64,000 nt of DNA from contig JAFDXO010000171.1 of assembly GCA_018267925.1 (NCBI GenBank), positions 1,084 through 65,083 on the forward strand, read 5' to 3'. This DNA comes from Bacteroidota bacterium (GTDB lineage Bacteria; Bacteroidota; Bacteroidia; Chitinophagales; Chitinophagaceae). The first letter of the stretch is position 1; each line of letters starts with the position of its first letter. Made by a program: the position numbers and the translations under genes. The notes below the pieces were generated by a model, which saw only the letters and a program-made list of their open reading frames with translations, was not told the DNA's origin and did not search any database. This document shows, piece after piece, positions 55,758-64,000 of this stretch.

Positions 55758-56506
55758 TGCAATCGTTAGCAATCGAAATTTCAAATCTGAAAAAAAAATA
55801 CACCGGTGGATGGCAGCCCGCATTAGACGGGCTGTCGCTACAAGTGCATCGTGGAAAAATTATGGGGCTTTTGGGTCCCAATGGTGCAGGTAAAACAACT
55901 TGTATCAATATTCTTTGTGGATTGGTCAGTGCAGATGACGGAGAAGCTCTTGTGTTAGGGAAAAATTGCCGAAAAGAAATTCAAACAATTCGATCTTTAA
56001 TAGGTGTAGTACCTCAACAAATTGCCTTATTTAGCAACCTGACTGCTTGGGAGAATTTTTCCTACATTGGACGATTATATAACCTTTCAGAGGCGGATAT
56101 AAAATACAGAGCAGCCCATCTATTAGACAGATTAGGATTAGCAGCCCATGCCGATAAAAGGGTGGGGAGATATAGTGGCGGGATGAGACGGCGTGCAAAC
56201 ATTATAGCCTCACTACTCCACGAACCCAAATTGTTGATTTTGGATGAACCAACTGCGGGTGTTGATGTTCAAAGCCGTGCATTGATTCATAGTTTTCTGA
56301 CAGACTACAATCAAAAAGGAAATACTATTCTCTACACCTCTCACCATTTGGACGAAGCAGAAACATTGTGCGATGAAGTTGTAATTGTGGATGAAGGCAA
56401 GTTGATTGTCAGTGGAACTCCTGAAAATCTTATTTCAAACTTACCCAATTGCCAACGTTTGGAAGATGTTTTTTTGCATTACACCGGGCGTTCTGTGCGT
56501 GATTAA
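55757..56506 (+). CDS. ABC transporter ATP-binding protein (ABC-2 type)
   Basis: Walker A GPNGAGKTT, signature YSGGMRRR and Walker B LILDEPT. The ATG overlaps the kynA stop (TGATG). Confidence 0.9.
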   Translation: MQSLAIEISNLKKKYTGGWQPALDGLSLQVHRGKIMGLLGPNGAGKTTCINILCGLVSADDGEALVLGKNCRKEIQTIRSLIGVVPQQIALFSNLTAWENFSYIGRLYNLSEADIKYRAAHLLDRLGLAAHADKRVGRYSGGMRRRANIIASLLHEPKLLILDEPTAGVDVQSRALIHSFLTDYNQKGNTILYTSHHLDEAETLCDEVVIVDEGKLIVSGTPENLISNLPNCQRLEDVFLHYTGRSVRD

Positions 56507-56585
56507 GTAGCACTTCAATCAATGGTTAAATGCGCCCTATTTACAACGAATTGGCGAAACTTGAGCCTAATTCGAAAAAAATTCC

Positions 56586-56593
56586 TAAATTTG
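56586..56593 (+). promoter_or_regulatory. candidate -7 promoter box (TAAATTTG) for the 77-aa ORF
   Basis: Exact TAnnTTTG match 14 nt upstream of the ATG at 56607. Confidence 0.35.
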
Positions 56594-56606
56594 CAAAAAA
56601 AACAAG

Positions 56607-56840
56607 ATGTCCGAAACAAAGTGTAAACTTTTTGAAACAAAACTTACAACTGGTCAGCTTATATGCATCAATAAAATGATTGCTGAAAAGCGCCTTACTT
56701 TGAAAAAAGACAACCTTATTTCTGATTTTACTAAAGGTCGTACCGTAAACGTAAAAGATCTTTTTGTTAACGAAGCTACCGATATAATTCGCTTCTTAAA
56801 GGAGTTTAAGCATGATTCTGTTTATGAACCGGCTTTATAA
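56607..56840 (+). CDS. hypothetical protein (77 aa)
   Basis: The ORF has a well-placed promoter box but no recognisable motif. Confidence 0.45.
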   Translation: MSETKCKLFETKLTTGQLICINKMIAEKRLTLKKDNLISDFTKGRTVNVKDLFVNEATDIIRFLKEFKHDSVYEPAL

Positions 56841-57056
56841 TCGTTAACTCAACAATAGATTGTAGAAACATCATATTTTTCTCTTCGGTTGCGACTTTCT
56901 TTTTTCTTTTATTCTTGGTAAAAGAGGAATTTCGTTTTTCGCCACAACATACTTTCTAAGGAAAGCTGGCACAATCCTAAGAAAGCAGATTGTAAATTTC
57001 TACAATTGATTTTTTTTCCAATGAAGCGATAGCTTCTAATCAGCTAAGGTGTATAT

Positions 57057-57263
57057 TTAAAGCGAACGCAAAAGGTTCAACATAAGCTCTTCATTATATT
57101 CAAGAGCCATGTTTACCGATTCTCTGTTATTGTAAGTAGTAGATTCAAAACCATGTTGCAATAAGCTGTCGAATCCGGATTGAACACTTGCTGAATATTG
57201 ATCGGCAGACATAGTTGATTGATATTTATCCTGATGTAGTTTTTGAATAAGGTCTTGTTGCAT
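57057..57263 (-). CDS. hypothetical protein (68 aa from first ATG)
   Basis: An isolated ORF with no motif. The track start at 57311 is TTG. Confidence 0.3.
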   Translation of the reverse strand: MQQDLIQKLHQDKYQSTMSADQYSASVQSGFDSLLQHGFESTTYNNRESVNMALEYNEELMLNLLRSL

Positions 57264-57439
57264 GACAGTTGTTTTTCTTGAGTGCGAAATAACAATGCAC
57301 CACAAATTCAACCATCAACTTTACATCTGATTAACCACTCGTTAACAAGTGGCTTAACAATTCATTTTTGTTTGCAGTTGCAAGAAAGAGAAAAGTAGAA
57401 GTAGTTTAGAAATACATTTATAGAAAAGAGAGCAATTGC

Positions 57440-57447
57440 TAAATTTG
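57440..57447 (+). promoter_or_regulatory. candidate -7 promoter box (TAAATTTG) for ffh
   Basis: Exact TAnnTTTG match 26 nt upstream of the ffh ATG. Confidence 0.4.
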
Positions 57448-57472
57448 CGCTCCGAAATTTTAAGTAAATCAA

Positions 57473-58819
57473 ATGTTTGATAACCTGAGTGAGCGGCTCG
57501 ACTCCGCATTTAAGCAGTTAAAAGGTGAAGGTCGTATCACCGATATTAATGTCGCCAGTACGATTAAAGAAATTCGTCGTGCGCTTGTAGATGCAGATGT
57601 GAACTATAAAATTGCCAAAGAATTTACAGACAAAGTAAAGGATAAGGCAATGGGTGAAAAAGTGCTTACAGCCGTATCTCCCGGGCAGCTGATGGTGAAA
57701 ATCGTAAAAGATGAGTTAGCTGAGTTGATGGGAGGAACAGAATCAGAAATTGATCTTTCTGCTCGACCTACAATCATTTTAATTGCCGGTTTACAAGGAA
57801 GTGGTAAGACAACTTTTTCAGGTAAGTTGGCAAATTTTCTTAAAAACAAAAAAGGACTGAACCCCTTGTTGGTAGCGGGCGACATTTATCGTCCGGCAGC
57901 CATAGATCAATTGAAGGTTTTAGGTGAACAGGTGAAAGTGCCCGTTTATAGTGAGCCGGAAAACAAAAATGCAGTTGCCATAGTTCAAAATGCTTTAGCA
58001 GAAGCAAAGCAGAACGGCAATCGTGTTGTCATCATTGACACAGCAGGGCGTTTAGCCGTGGATGAAGTCATGATGACAGAGGTAGCCAACATCAAAGCAG
58101 CCGTGAATCCGCATGAAATCTTGTTTGTTGTTGATTCCATGACAGGACAAGATGCCGTCAATACAGCTAAAGCTTTTAATGACCGCCTTGACTTTACAGG
58201 CGTTGTACTTACAAAATTAGATGGCGATACAAGAGGAGGTGCAGCAATATCCATCAAATACACGGTAGATAAGCCTATCAAGTTTGTGAGCATGGGTGAA
58301 AAGTTAGATACACTTGATGTATTCTACCCAGAGCGGATGGCTCAACGAATCCTCGGTATGGGCGATATCACAACCCTTGTAGAGCGTGCCCAAGCTCAAT
58401 TTGATGAGGCACAGGCAAAGAAATTAGAAAAGAAAATTCGTCAAAATAAATTTGATTTCGAGGACTTTAAAGAGCAATTACAGCAAATTAAAAAGATGGG
58501 AAACCTAAAAGATTTGCTTGCCATGATTCCCGGAATAGGAAAGGCTATAAAGGATATTGACATCTCCGATGATGCCTTCAAGGGCATAGAGGCCATCATC
58601 AATTCCATGACACCACAAGAAAGGCAGAACCCTGATATTATTGATGGAAGCCGTAGAAAACGAATTGCTAAGGGAAGTGGAAAGGAAGTAACCGAAGTAA
58701 ATGCCTTTATGAAACAATTTGATCAAATGCGGCAAATGATGGGGCAAATGGGCAAAATGAAAGGTATGATGCCGGGAATGGGAATGCCCGGAATGGGAAT
58801 GCCTTTTGGAAAGAGATAA
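57473..58819 (+). CDS. ffh: signal recognition particle protein Ffh
   Basis: N and G domains (GLQGSGKTT, DTAGR, TKLDGD) and a Met-rich M domain. Confidence 0.97.
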   Translation: MFDNLSERLDSAFKQLKGEGRITDINVASTIKEIRRALVDADVNYKIAKEFTDKVKDKAMGEKVLTAVSPGQLMVKIVKDELAELMGGTESEIDLSARPTIILIAGLQGSGKTTFSGKLANFLKNKKGLNPLLVAGDIYRPAAIDQLKVLGEQVKVPVYSEPENKNAVAIVQNALAEAKQNGNRVVIIDTAGRLAVDEVMMTEVANIKAAVNPHEILFVVDSMTGQDAVNTAKAFNDRLDFTGVVLTKLDGDTRGGAAISIKYTVDKPIKFVSMGEKLDTLDVFYPERMAQRILGMGDITTLVERAQAQFDEAQAKKLEKKIRQNKFDFEDFKEQLQQIKKMGNLKDLLAMIPGIGKAIKDIDISDDAFKGIEAIINSMTPQERQNPDIIDGSRRKRIAKGSGKEVTEVNAFMKQFDQMRQMMGQMGKMKGMMPGMGMPGMGMPFGKR

Positions 58820-58913
58820 AATGTTTTTCAAAAAACTTTTCTTGCTCAAAACTTTTTACTATCTTCGCACTCCAAAAACCATTTTTGTTCAACACAAATA
58901 ATTTCTATTATTT

Positions 58914-59429
58914 ATGTCCGTTAAAATTCGCTTACAGCGACATGGCTCCAAGAAACGCCCTTTCTACTTTATTGTAGTTGCAAACAGCACTGCTCCTCGT
59001 GATGGTAAATTCATCGAAAAACTCGGTACGTACAACCCTCTTTCTGTACCTGCCACAGTTCGTTTAAGTCGTGAGCGTAGCCTGCATTGGTTGCAAAAAG
59101 GTGCACAGCCTACAAACACTTGCCGCCGAATCCTATCTTTCAAGGGAGTATTGTTCCTGAAACATTTGATGCGTGGCGTAACCCTTGGTCTATTTGATGA
59201 AAAGACTGCGTGGGAAAAATTTGAAAATTGGAATGGTGAGCACGAAGAAGTTGTCGCTCGTCGCCAAGAAGCACACCGCAAACACAAGCAAGATAAACGT
59301 CATGCTATTGTTGCTGAGTCTGTGCGTCGTGTGGAAGAGAAAAATGCAGCTCGTGCAGCAGAAGCAACCGCAGCTCCTTCAGAAGAAGCCAGCACGGAAG
59401 AACATGCAGCCCCTGCTGAAGGTGAATAA
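58914..59429 (+). CDS. rpsP: 30S ribosomal protein S16 with Ala/Glu-rich C-terminal extension
   Basis: [36 protein letters not shown] is canonical S16, followed by an ~85-aa extension. Confidence 0.95.
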   Translation: MSVKIRLQRHGSKKRPFYFIVVANSTAPRDGKFIEKLGTYNPLSVPATVRLSRERSLHWLQKGAQPTNTCRRILSFKGVLFLKHLMRGVTLGLFDEKTAWEKFENWNGEHEEVVARRQEAHRKHKQDKRHAIVAESVRRVEEKNAARAAEATAAPSEEASTEEHAAPAEGE

Positions 59430-59459
59430 ATTCACTTATCTATCCAAAACTTTTACTAA

Positions 59460-59488
59460 TTGCCTTCAATTTGAAGGCAATTTTTTTT
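59460..59488 (+). terminator. rho-independent terminator after rpsP
   Basis: tgccttc / gaaggca forms the stem, followed by 8 T. Confidence 0.75.
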
Positions 59489-59639
59489 GGGAGAGAATAA
59501 AACTTTTATAGCTTGGGTGAAAAGTTTAAACCCTATAATTTGCTTTAGCATTATTCCCAAGAACTATGTCATAATAACTATCTTTTTCCATTAGACATTA
59601 TATGTCAGTATGTTTCCTGTACTTATGTTGTTGCATGTT

Positions 59640-59671
59640 AAAAGTTCTACTGCGAAGCAGTAGAACTTTTA
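59640..59671. terminator. perfect 13-bp hairpin, probable bidirectional terminator between rpsP and the TonB-dependent receptor gene
   Basis: aaagttctactgc-gaa-gcagtagaacttt, flanked by A and T residues. Confidence 0.55.
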
Positions 59672-59780
59672 AATAAAATATGTCATTTTGCATCTCTTGC
59701 AAATTGAGCCTAATTTAAATGAAAAGCAAACTTAAATACCGTATATATAAAGTGGTGGCGGTGTCTAAAAGATTACTTCA

Positions 59781-61703
59781 TTACTTGATCCAATTCACAC
59801 TTATTCCGCCTTGTAGCCATCTCCCCGGCATTTTTGCACCTAATAAATCACTGTAAGTCTGATTAAATAAATTGTCCACCTCCACAAAAGTGTTTAAATA
59901 ATCTTTCCAAACAGAATAGGTGGCTCGTCCATTTATCAGGAAGTAGTTTTCGCTGATAGTAGCATCTATGGCTGTTGCTTGTTGGGGTTTACGATTTTTA
60001 TAAATTCCGGTGAAGCTGACGGAGATTTTGCCTATTTGGTATCGTAAATTAAAGTTTGCAAGAAAGTTGGCATGTGATGAAATGTAGAAAGATGGATTAT
60101 TTTCACTGCTGGTGCTATGTAACCACACCATGCCTGCATTGAGTTTGAATTGTTGTTTGGATGCAATTTTTTTAGTGTATTGCATATCTAATTCACAACC
60201 GGTAGTATTTACTTCTGCTATGTTGGTTGCTAAAGCATAACTGCCGGTTGGCGTAAGGTTTTCCTGTCGAGGCATATTGATATAGGGAGTAGAAACCCAA
60301 TCTATCAACTTACTTTGAAAGCGTTGAAAAAAAGTTGTTGATAATTTTAATTGAGTTCCATAAAACCAATCCGCACCTGCTTCATAGCTCCACGATACTT
60401 CTGGTACTAAATAAGGATCACCTATGCTTCCTCCTGTCACTAAAGGTTTGTTGTAATTGTTATATCTCTCAGTAAAGTCTGCATCACGAATACTTCTTCC
60501 ACCACTGACGCGTATTTGAAACGGATGTAAATGCCAAGAAGCATTAATTTGAGGCAATATTTCAGCTTTATTGTTGCCTATCAATTCAATTCGTGTAGAA
60601 GGCATTAGGTTCAATTGGTTTGAAATTTTATACTGTACGCTTGCAAAGAGGGCATGTTGTTGTATTTGGTGGTTACCTCTATCGTTTGATACAATCCCTT
60701 TGTTTTGAAAATTGTAACCGGATGTAAAATCAAGTTGTTGACTGAGTCTTTGTTGAAATAGTATTAAGGTTTGAAAATAGGTTGATTGATTTTGATTAGC
60801 TGTAGAACGTGAATTGAAAGCATATTGATCGGATAGGGTTTTTAAAGCAGTTTGGATACTTAATCTCATTTGTTTGTTTTGATAATCTACTTTAGTTTGA
60901 CACCACCAACTGGTTACTTTTTCGGTAGCTGTATCCGAAACAAACGTGGTGTAGAAATTCTGAGCGGCAAAATTTCTATTGTCATAAGTGCTACGTACTG
61001 AAAGGTTCCAGTGTTTTGCGATGTGATAATGAAGACCAATTGAGCCGGTAGTGTTATAGAAATAGCCATTTTCTCCTCGTTGTGGACTACCTGCAGATTG
61101 ATTGGATAATAGCCCACCATCCACACTGAGCTTTTGTCCTTGAAAATATCCGCCAACATTCATGTTCGTTAAGTTGAAATCTCCTACACCAACTTGAGCA
61201 ATGGCTACTTGTTTATTAGGTTGCTGTGCATTGCTGAAAGTTTTTGAAATGATGTTGATAACGCCACCTACTGCATCTGCACCATATATAGCTGCAGATG
61301 CACCTTTTAGCACTTCAATACGTTCAATTTGTGCCGGTGTGATGGGTATGTATGCTGAAAAGTGTCCGGTATTAGGGTCGTTTAATCGCATTCCGTCCAT
61401 GATTACTAACACTTGTTGATAGGTGCCTCCTCGAATGCTAATGTCGCTCTGAGAGCCTTGCGGACCGCGTGATTGCACTTCTACTCCCGGAATGTATTTG
61501 AGCAATTCATCTAAAGAATGAACCGGTAATTTTGATATTTCAGATCCTGAAACAATAACGATATTTCGTCCGGTTTCTGAGCTTCGAGTTTCGCTTAATG
61601 AAGCAGTTACCGTTATGGGGTCTAAAGTTTGTATTTGAGCAAGCGTTTGGGTTGTGCAACCTAATATCAGCATGGATATTTTCAGAAGGTTTTTTCTATT
61701 CAT
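59781..61703 (-). CDS. TonB-dependent outer-membrane receptor (BtuB-sized, no SusD partner)
   Basis: A signal peptide is followed by a plug domain (TonB-box-like DPITVTAS, then IRGG and GADAVGGVINI) and a C-terminal beta-barrel ending ...GISVNWIK. Confidence 0.9.
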   Translation of the reverse strand: MNRKNLLKISMLILGCTTQTLAQIQTLDPITVTASLSETRSSETGRNIVIVSGSEISKLPVHSLDELLKYIPGVEVQSRGPQGSQSDISIRGGTYQQVLVIMDGMRLNDPNTGHFSAYIPITPAQIERIEVLKGASAAIYGADAVGGVINIISKTFSNAQQPNKQVAIAQVGVGDFNLTNMNVGGYFQGQKLSVDGGLLSNQSAGSPQRGENGYFYNTTGSIGLHYHIAKHWNLSVRSTYDNRNFAAQNFYTTFVSDTATEKVTSWWCQTKVDYQNKQMRLSIQTALKTLSDQYAFNSRSTANQNQSTYFQTLILFQQRLSQQLDFTSGYNFQNKGIVSNDRGNHQIQQHALFASVQYKISNQLNLMPSTRIELIGNNKAEILPQINASWHLHPFQIRVSGGRSIRDADFTERYNNYNKPLVTGGSIGDPYLVPEVSWSYEAGADWFYGTQLKLSTTFFQRFQSKLIDWVSTPYINMPRQENLTPTGSYALATNIAEVNTTGCELDMQYTKKIASKQQFKLNAGMVWLHSTSSENNPSFYISSHANFLANFNLRYQIGKISVSFTGIYKNRKPQQATAIDATISENYFLINGRATYSVWKDYLNTFVEVDNLFNQTYSDLLGAKMPGRWLQGGISVNWIK

Positions 61704-62260
61704 TAGTTTTTTGGTTTTCTAAATCCTTTTTTGTTCTTAAAATAAAAATGGCTGAAAGGTGCTTGTGTAGCAACTCTCAGCCGGCTAAATGAATTGGTTA
61801 TGTTTAAAGCAATGATATCTTCTTCTTGTAGTAAGAATTCAATAAATACAAAGGGAGTGAGTGGGCAAACCGACGAAAGCAAGGGCGGATCGTCAATTTC
61901 TTTTTCAGAAAAACTACCGGTCAATAAGTTTAGGTTAGATGGGCTATTCGGTTTATTGGTTTTAGAGAGTAGAGTATCGGCAACTATGCTTTTTAGCCTA
62001 CCAATGGTTATGTGCTTGCCAATAGTCAGAAAGGAAGCGTAAGATTTACGACTCCATCTTCTGAATCTTAGTGCACTTTTTGGGTTGTTTAGAGCAAGCA
62101 TTTTTTTCGAGCCGCAATGTTACATACAGATTCTCAAAAAGAGATGAACAAGAATAGATAAATCAATGCCTAACGCGAGATTTTAAAACAGAAATGTAAT
62201 TTCTTCTGCTTTAAAATTTAGCGTTGAGAATCGTTTATATTTTGTCCAATATAACGTGCT

Positions 62261-64000
62261 TTATTCAGCCATGATTTCTTTAATGATTGCTGAAATGTCT
62301 TCTGCATTTGGTTTTGAAAAATAATCACCGTCAGTAGCATAAGCAGGGCGATGTGCTTGTGCAGTAAGCGTGCGTGGTGCGGCATCTAACCATTTGAATC
62401 CACCTTGAATTTCCATTACTTGTTGGAACATATATGCAGATGCGCCACCCGGAACATCTTCATCAATAAAGACAATTCTACTTGTTTTTTTCAGCGACTC
62501 AACAATCTGATGGTTGACATCGAAAGGTAAAAGTGTGCGCACGTCAACTACTTCGCACGAAATGCCGGCAGGTTCTAAATAATTAACAATGGCTTCTTCT
62601 ATTACTCGTAATGTAGAGCCGTAAGACACAATAGTGATATCTTCTCCTTCCCGTACAATTTCAGGAATACCAAAAGGTACGGTATAACTATCCAGATTGG
62701 CTGGCATAGGTTCTTTGAGGCGATATCCATTTAAGCATTCAATGACAATGCCCGGCTCATCGCTTTGTAACAAAGTATTGTACATACCTGCTGCTTGAGT
62801 CATGTTGCGAGGTACACATAAGTACATGCCACGAAGACTATTGATGATCATGCCAATGGGAGAGCCACTATGCCAAATGCCTTCCAAACGGTGACCGCGA
62901 GTACGAACAATTAGAGGACATTTTTGTCCGCCTCTGGTGCGATATAGCATGGTCGCAACATCATCACTGAGTGGTTGCAAGCCATAAAGTAAATAGTCTA
63001 GATATTGAATTTCGGCTATCGGACGCAATCCACGCATAGCCATTCCTAAGCCTTGACCAATAATGGTTGCTTCACGGATGCCTGTATCAAAAATGCGCTG
63101 CTCTCCATATTTTTCTTGTAATCCGGCAAAGCCTTGGTTTACATCACCAATTTTACCGAGATCTTCACCAAAAGCGACTACGGCAGAATTATTGGCAAAA
63201 GTCAAGTCGAAATATTTATTGAGAATTTCATAGCCATTGGCTACTTCTCCACTGAAAATGGCCGGCACCTCTTTCACTTTCATCACGCTTTGGGCAGATT
63301 GAGAATATAGATGCGAGCTGAACTTTTCTTTGTTTTCTACCTTTAGTTGGTCGTAAAAATTATTTACGGATCTAATGGCTTCTGTATTGCTATAAGCAAG
63401 GGAAATGACCTTACTTAGTGTTTGCATGATGTCTTTGCGAATAGGCTCTTTGATAGATTTTAGCCTTTGAATCATTTCTGCAACAATCACCGAATTAGCA
63501 CCGCCTTCATACACTACCTGTTGGCAAAGATTGGCAGCTTGTTCTACTTGTTGTTTGATTGGATTAATAAATTTATCCCAAGCACGTTGTTTTCCGTCGC
63601 GTGCTTCTTGCTTAGCTTCTTGTTCCAAAGCGTCAATCTCTTCAGCCGGAGCTATTTCATTTTCCAGCAAAAACTCTCTCATCTTGGTAAGACAATCGAA
63701 TTCTTTTTCCCATTCAAGACGCTCTTTACTCTTGTAACGCTCATGCGATCCGGAAGTAGAGTGTCCTTGTGGTTGAGTTACCTCTTGCACATGAAAGATA
63801 GCCGGGATGTGGGTTTCGCGTACTCTTGATATGCCATGTTGAATAGTTTGTACTAAAGCGGGATAGTCCCAACCTTTTACTGTGTATATATTGATGCCGC
63901 CTTTCTTATTGTCATATTGCATACCGGATAGCGCATCGGAAATTGAGTTCTTTGTTGTTTGGTATTTTCGAGGTACAGAAATTCCATACCCATCATCCCA
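62261..64000 (-). CDS. fused alpha/beta E1 component of a 2-oxoacid dehydrogenase (partial, N-terminus outside window)
   Basis: The transketolase-like pyrimidine-binding and C-terminal domains of an E1-beta occupy the C-terminal half. The reading frame stays open through 63923-64000 (…WDDGYGISVPRKYQTTKNS…), so the gene continues past the window edge. Confidence 0.85.
   Translation of the reverse strand, partial: WDDGYGISVPRKYQTTKNSISDALSGMQYDNKKGGINIYTVKGWDYPALVQTIQHGISRVRETHIPAIFHVQEVTQPQGHSTSGSHERYKSKERLEWEKEFDCLTKMREFLLENEIAPAEEIDALEQEAKQEARDGKQRAWDKFINPIKQQVEQAANLCQQVVYEGGANSVIVAEMIQRLKSIKEPIRKDIMQTLSKVISLAYSNTEAIRSVNNFYDQLKVENKEKFSSHLYSQSAQSVMKVKEVPAIFSGEVANGYEILNKYFDLTFANNSAVVAFGEDLGKIGDVNQGFAGLQEKYGEQRIFDTGIREATIIGQGLGMAMRGLRPIAEIQYLDYLLYGLQPLSDDVATMLYRTRGGQKCPLIVRTRGHRLEGIWHSGSPIGMIINSLRGMYLCVPRNMTQAAGMYNTLLQSDEPGIVIECLNGYRLKEPMPANLDSYTVPFGIPEIVREGEDITIVSYGSTLRVIEEAIVNYLEPAGISCEVVDVRTLLPFDVNHQIVESLKKTSRIVFIDEDVPGGASAYMFQQVMEIQGGFKWLDAAPRTLTAQAHRPAYATDGDYFSKPNAEDISAIIKEIMAE

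Noticed and set aside
58914-59429. Long C-terminal extension of S16 as a novelty
   Set aside because: As far as I know, extended Ala/Glu/Lys-rich S16 tails are common in Bacteroidota. The N-terminal 85 aa are canonical, and nothing suggests a fusion or frameshift.
61704-62101. Cobalamin or TPP riboswitch upstream of the TonB-dependent receptor
   Set aside because: I looked on the correct strand for the conserved cores (GGGAA...GGUGAAAAUCC...GCCACUG...AGCCAGGAGACCUGCC, and the THI box CUGAGA...ACCCUUUGAACCUGAUC...). Only a short CUGAGAG/ACCUUUCA fragment is present. That is not enough to call a riboswitch without a covariance-model search.
1-64000. CRISPR arrays, rRNA genes, IS elements with terminal inverted repeats, retron or DGR-like repeats
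   Set aside because: I saw no regularly spaced direct repeats, no rRNA-like sequence, and no transposase or reverse-transcriptase-like ORFs while reading the window. The only long exact repeat pair is the att duplication at 31821/38602.

Overview
This 64-kb window looks like chromosomal DNA from a low-GC Bacteroidota-type bacterium. That assignment is an inference from repeated TAnnTTTG -7 promoter boxes, Wza/Wzc, TonB-dependent receptor, LytTR, RteC-like and Bacteroides-type integrase genes, and a long-tailed S16. It cannot be confirmed without a database search.

Most of the window is housekeeping:
- dnaA, followed by tRNA-Ser(GCU) and tRNA-Pro(UGG)
- rpsO-pnp, rplK-rplA-rplJ-rplL, ffh, rpsP and clpB
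- hppA, nhaA, chrA, pdxH, sucB, kynA, cdd and crcB
- transporters and one TonB-dependent receptor

Three regions stand out:
1. A ~6.85-kb integrative element sits in the 3' end of tRNA-Pro (31821-38669), bounded by 67/68-bp direct repeats. It carries a tyrosine integrase, an RteC-like gene, an Xis-type HTH, a rolling-circle-type Rep, two genes built from five copies of one HTH module, and a terminal pair of small acidic ORFs behind a structured leader. I see no relaxase, capsid or secretion genes. This is the best candidate for something undescribed.
2. A same-strand array (1-8949) links a TPR histidine kinase, a LytTR response regulator and a stand-alone LytTR protein to an operon of two zinc-ribbon/FHA proteins, a repeat-containing membrane protein, a PP2C phosphatase, a membrane Ser/Thr kinase and a Sel1 protein.
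3. A Wza/Wzc/ABC/three-glycosyltransferase polysaccharide locus lies at 15273-23654.

I found no CRISPR array, rRNA or recognisable riboswitch. All functional calls rest on motif recognition by eye in the supplied translations. No searches were run.
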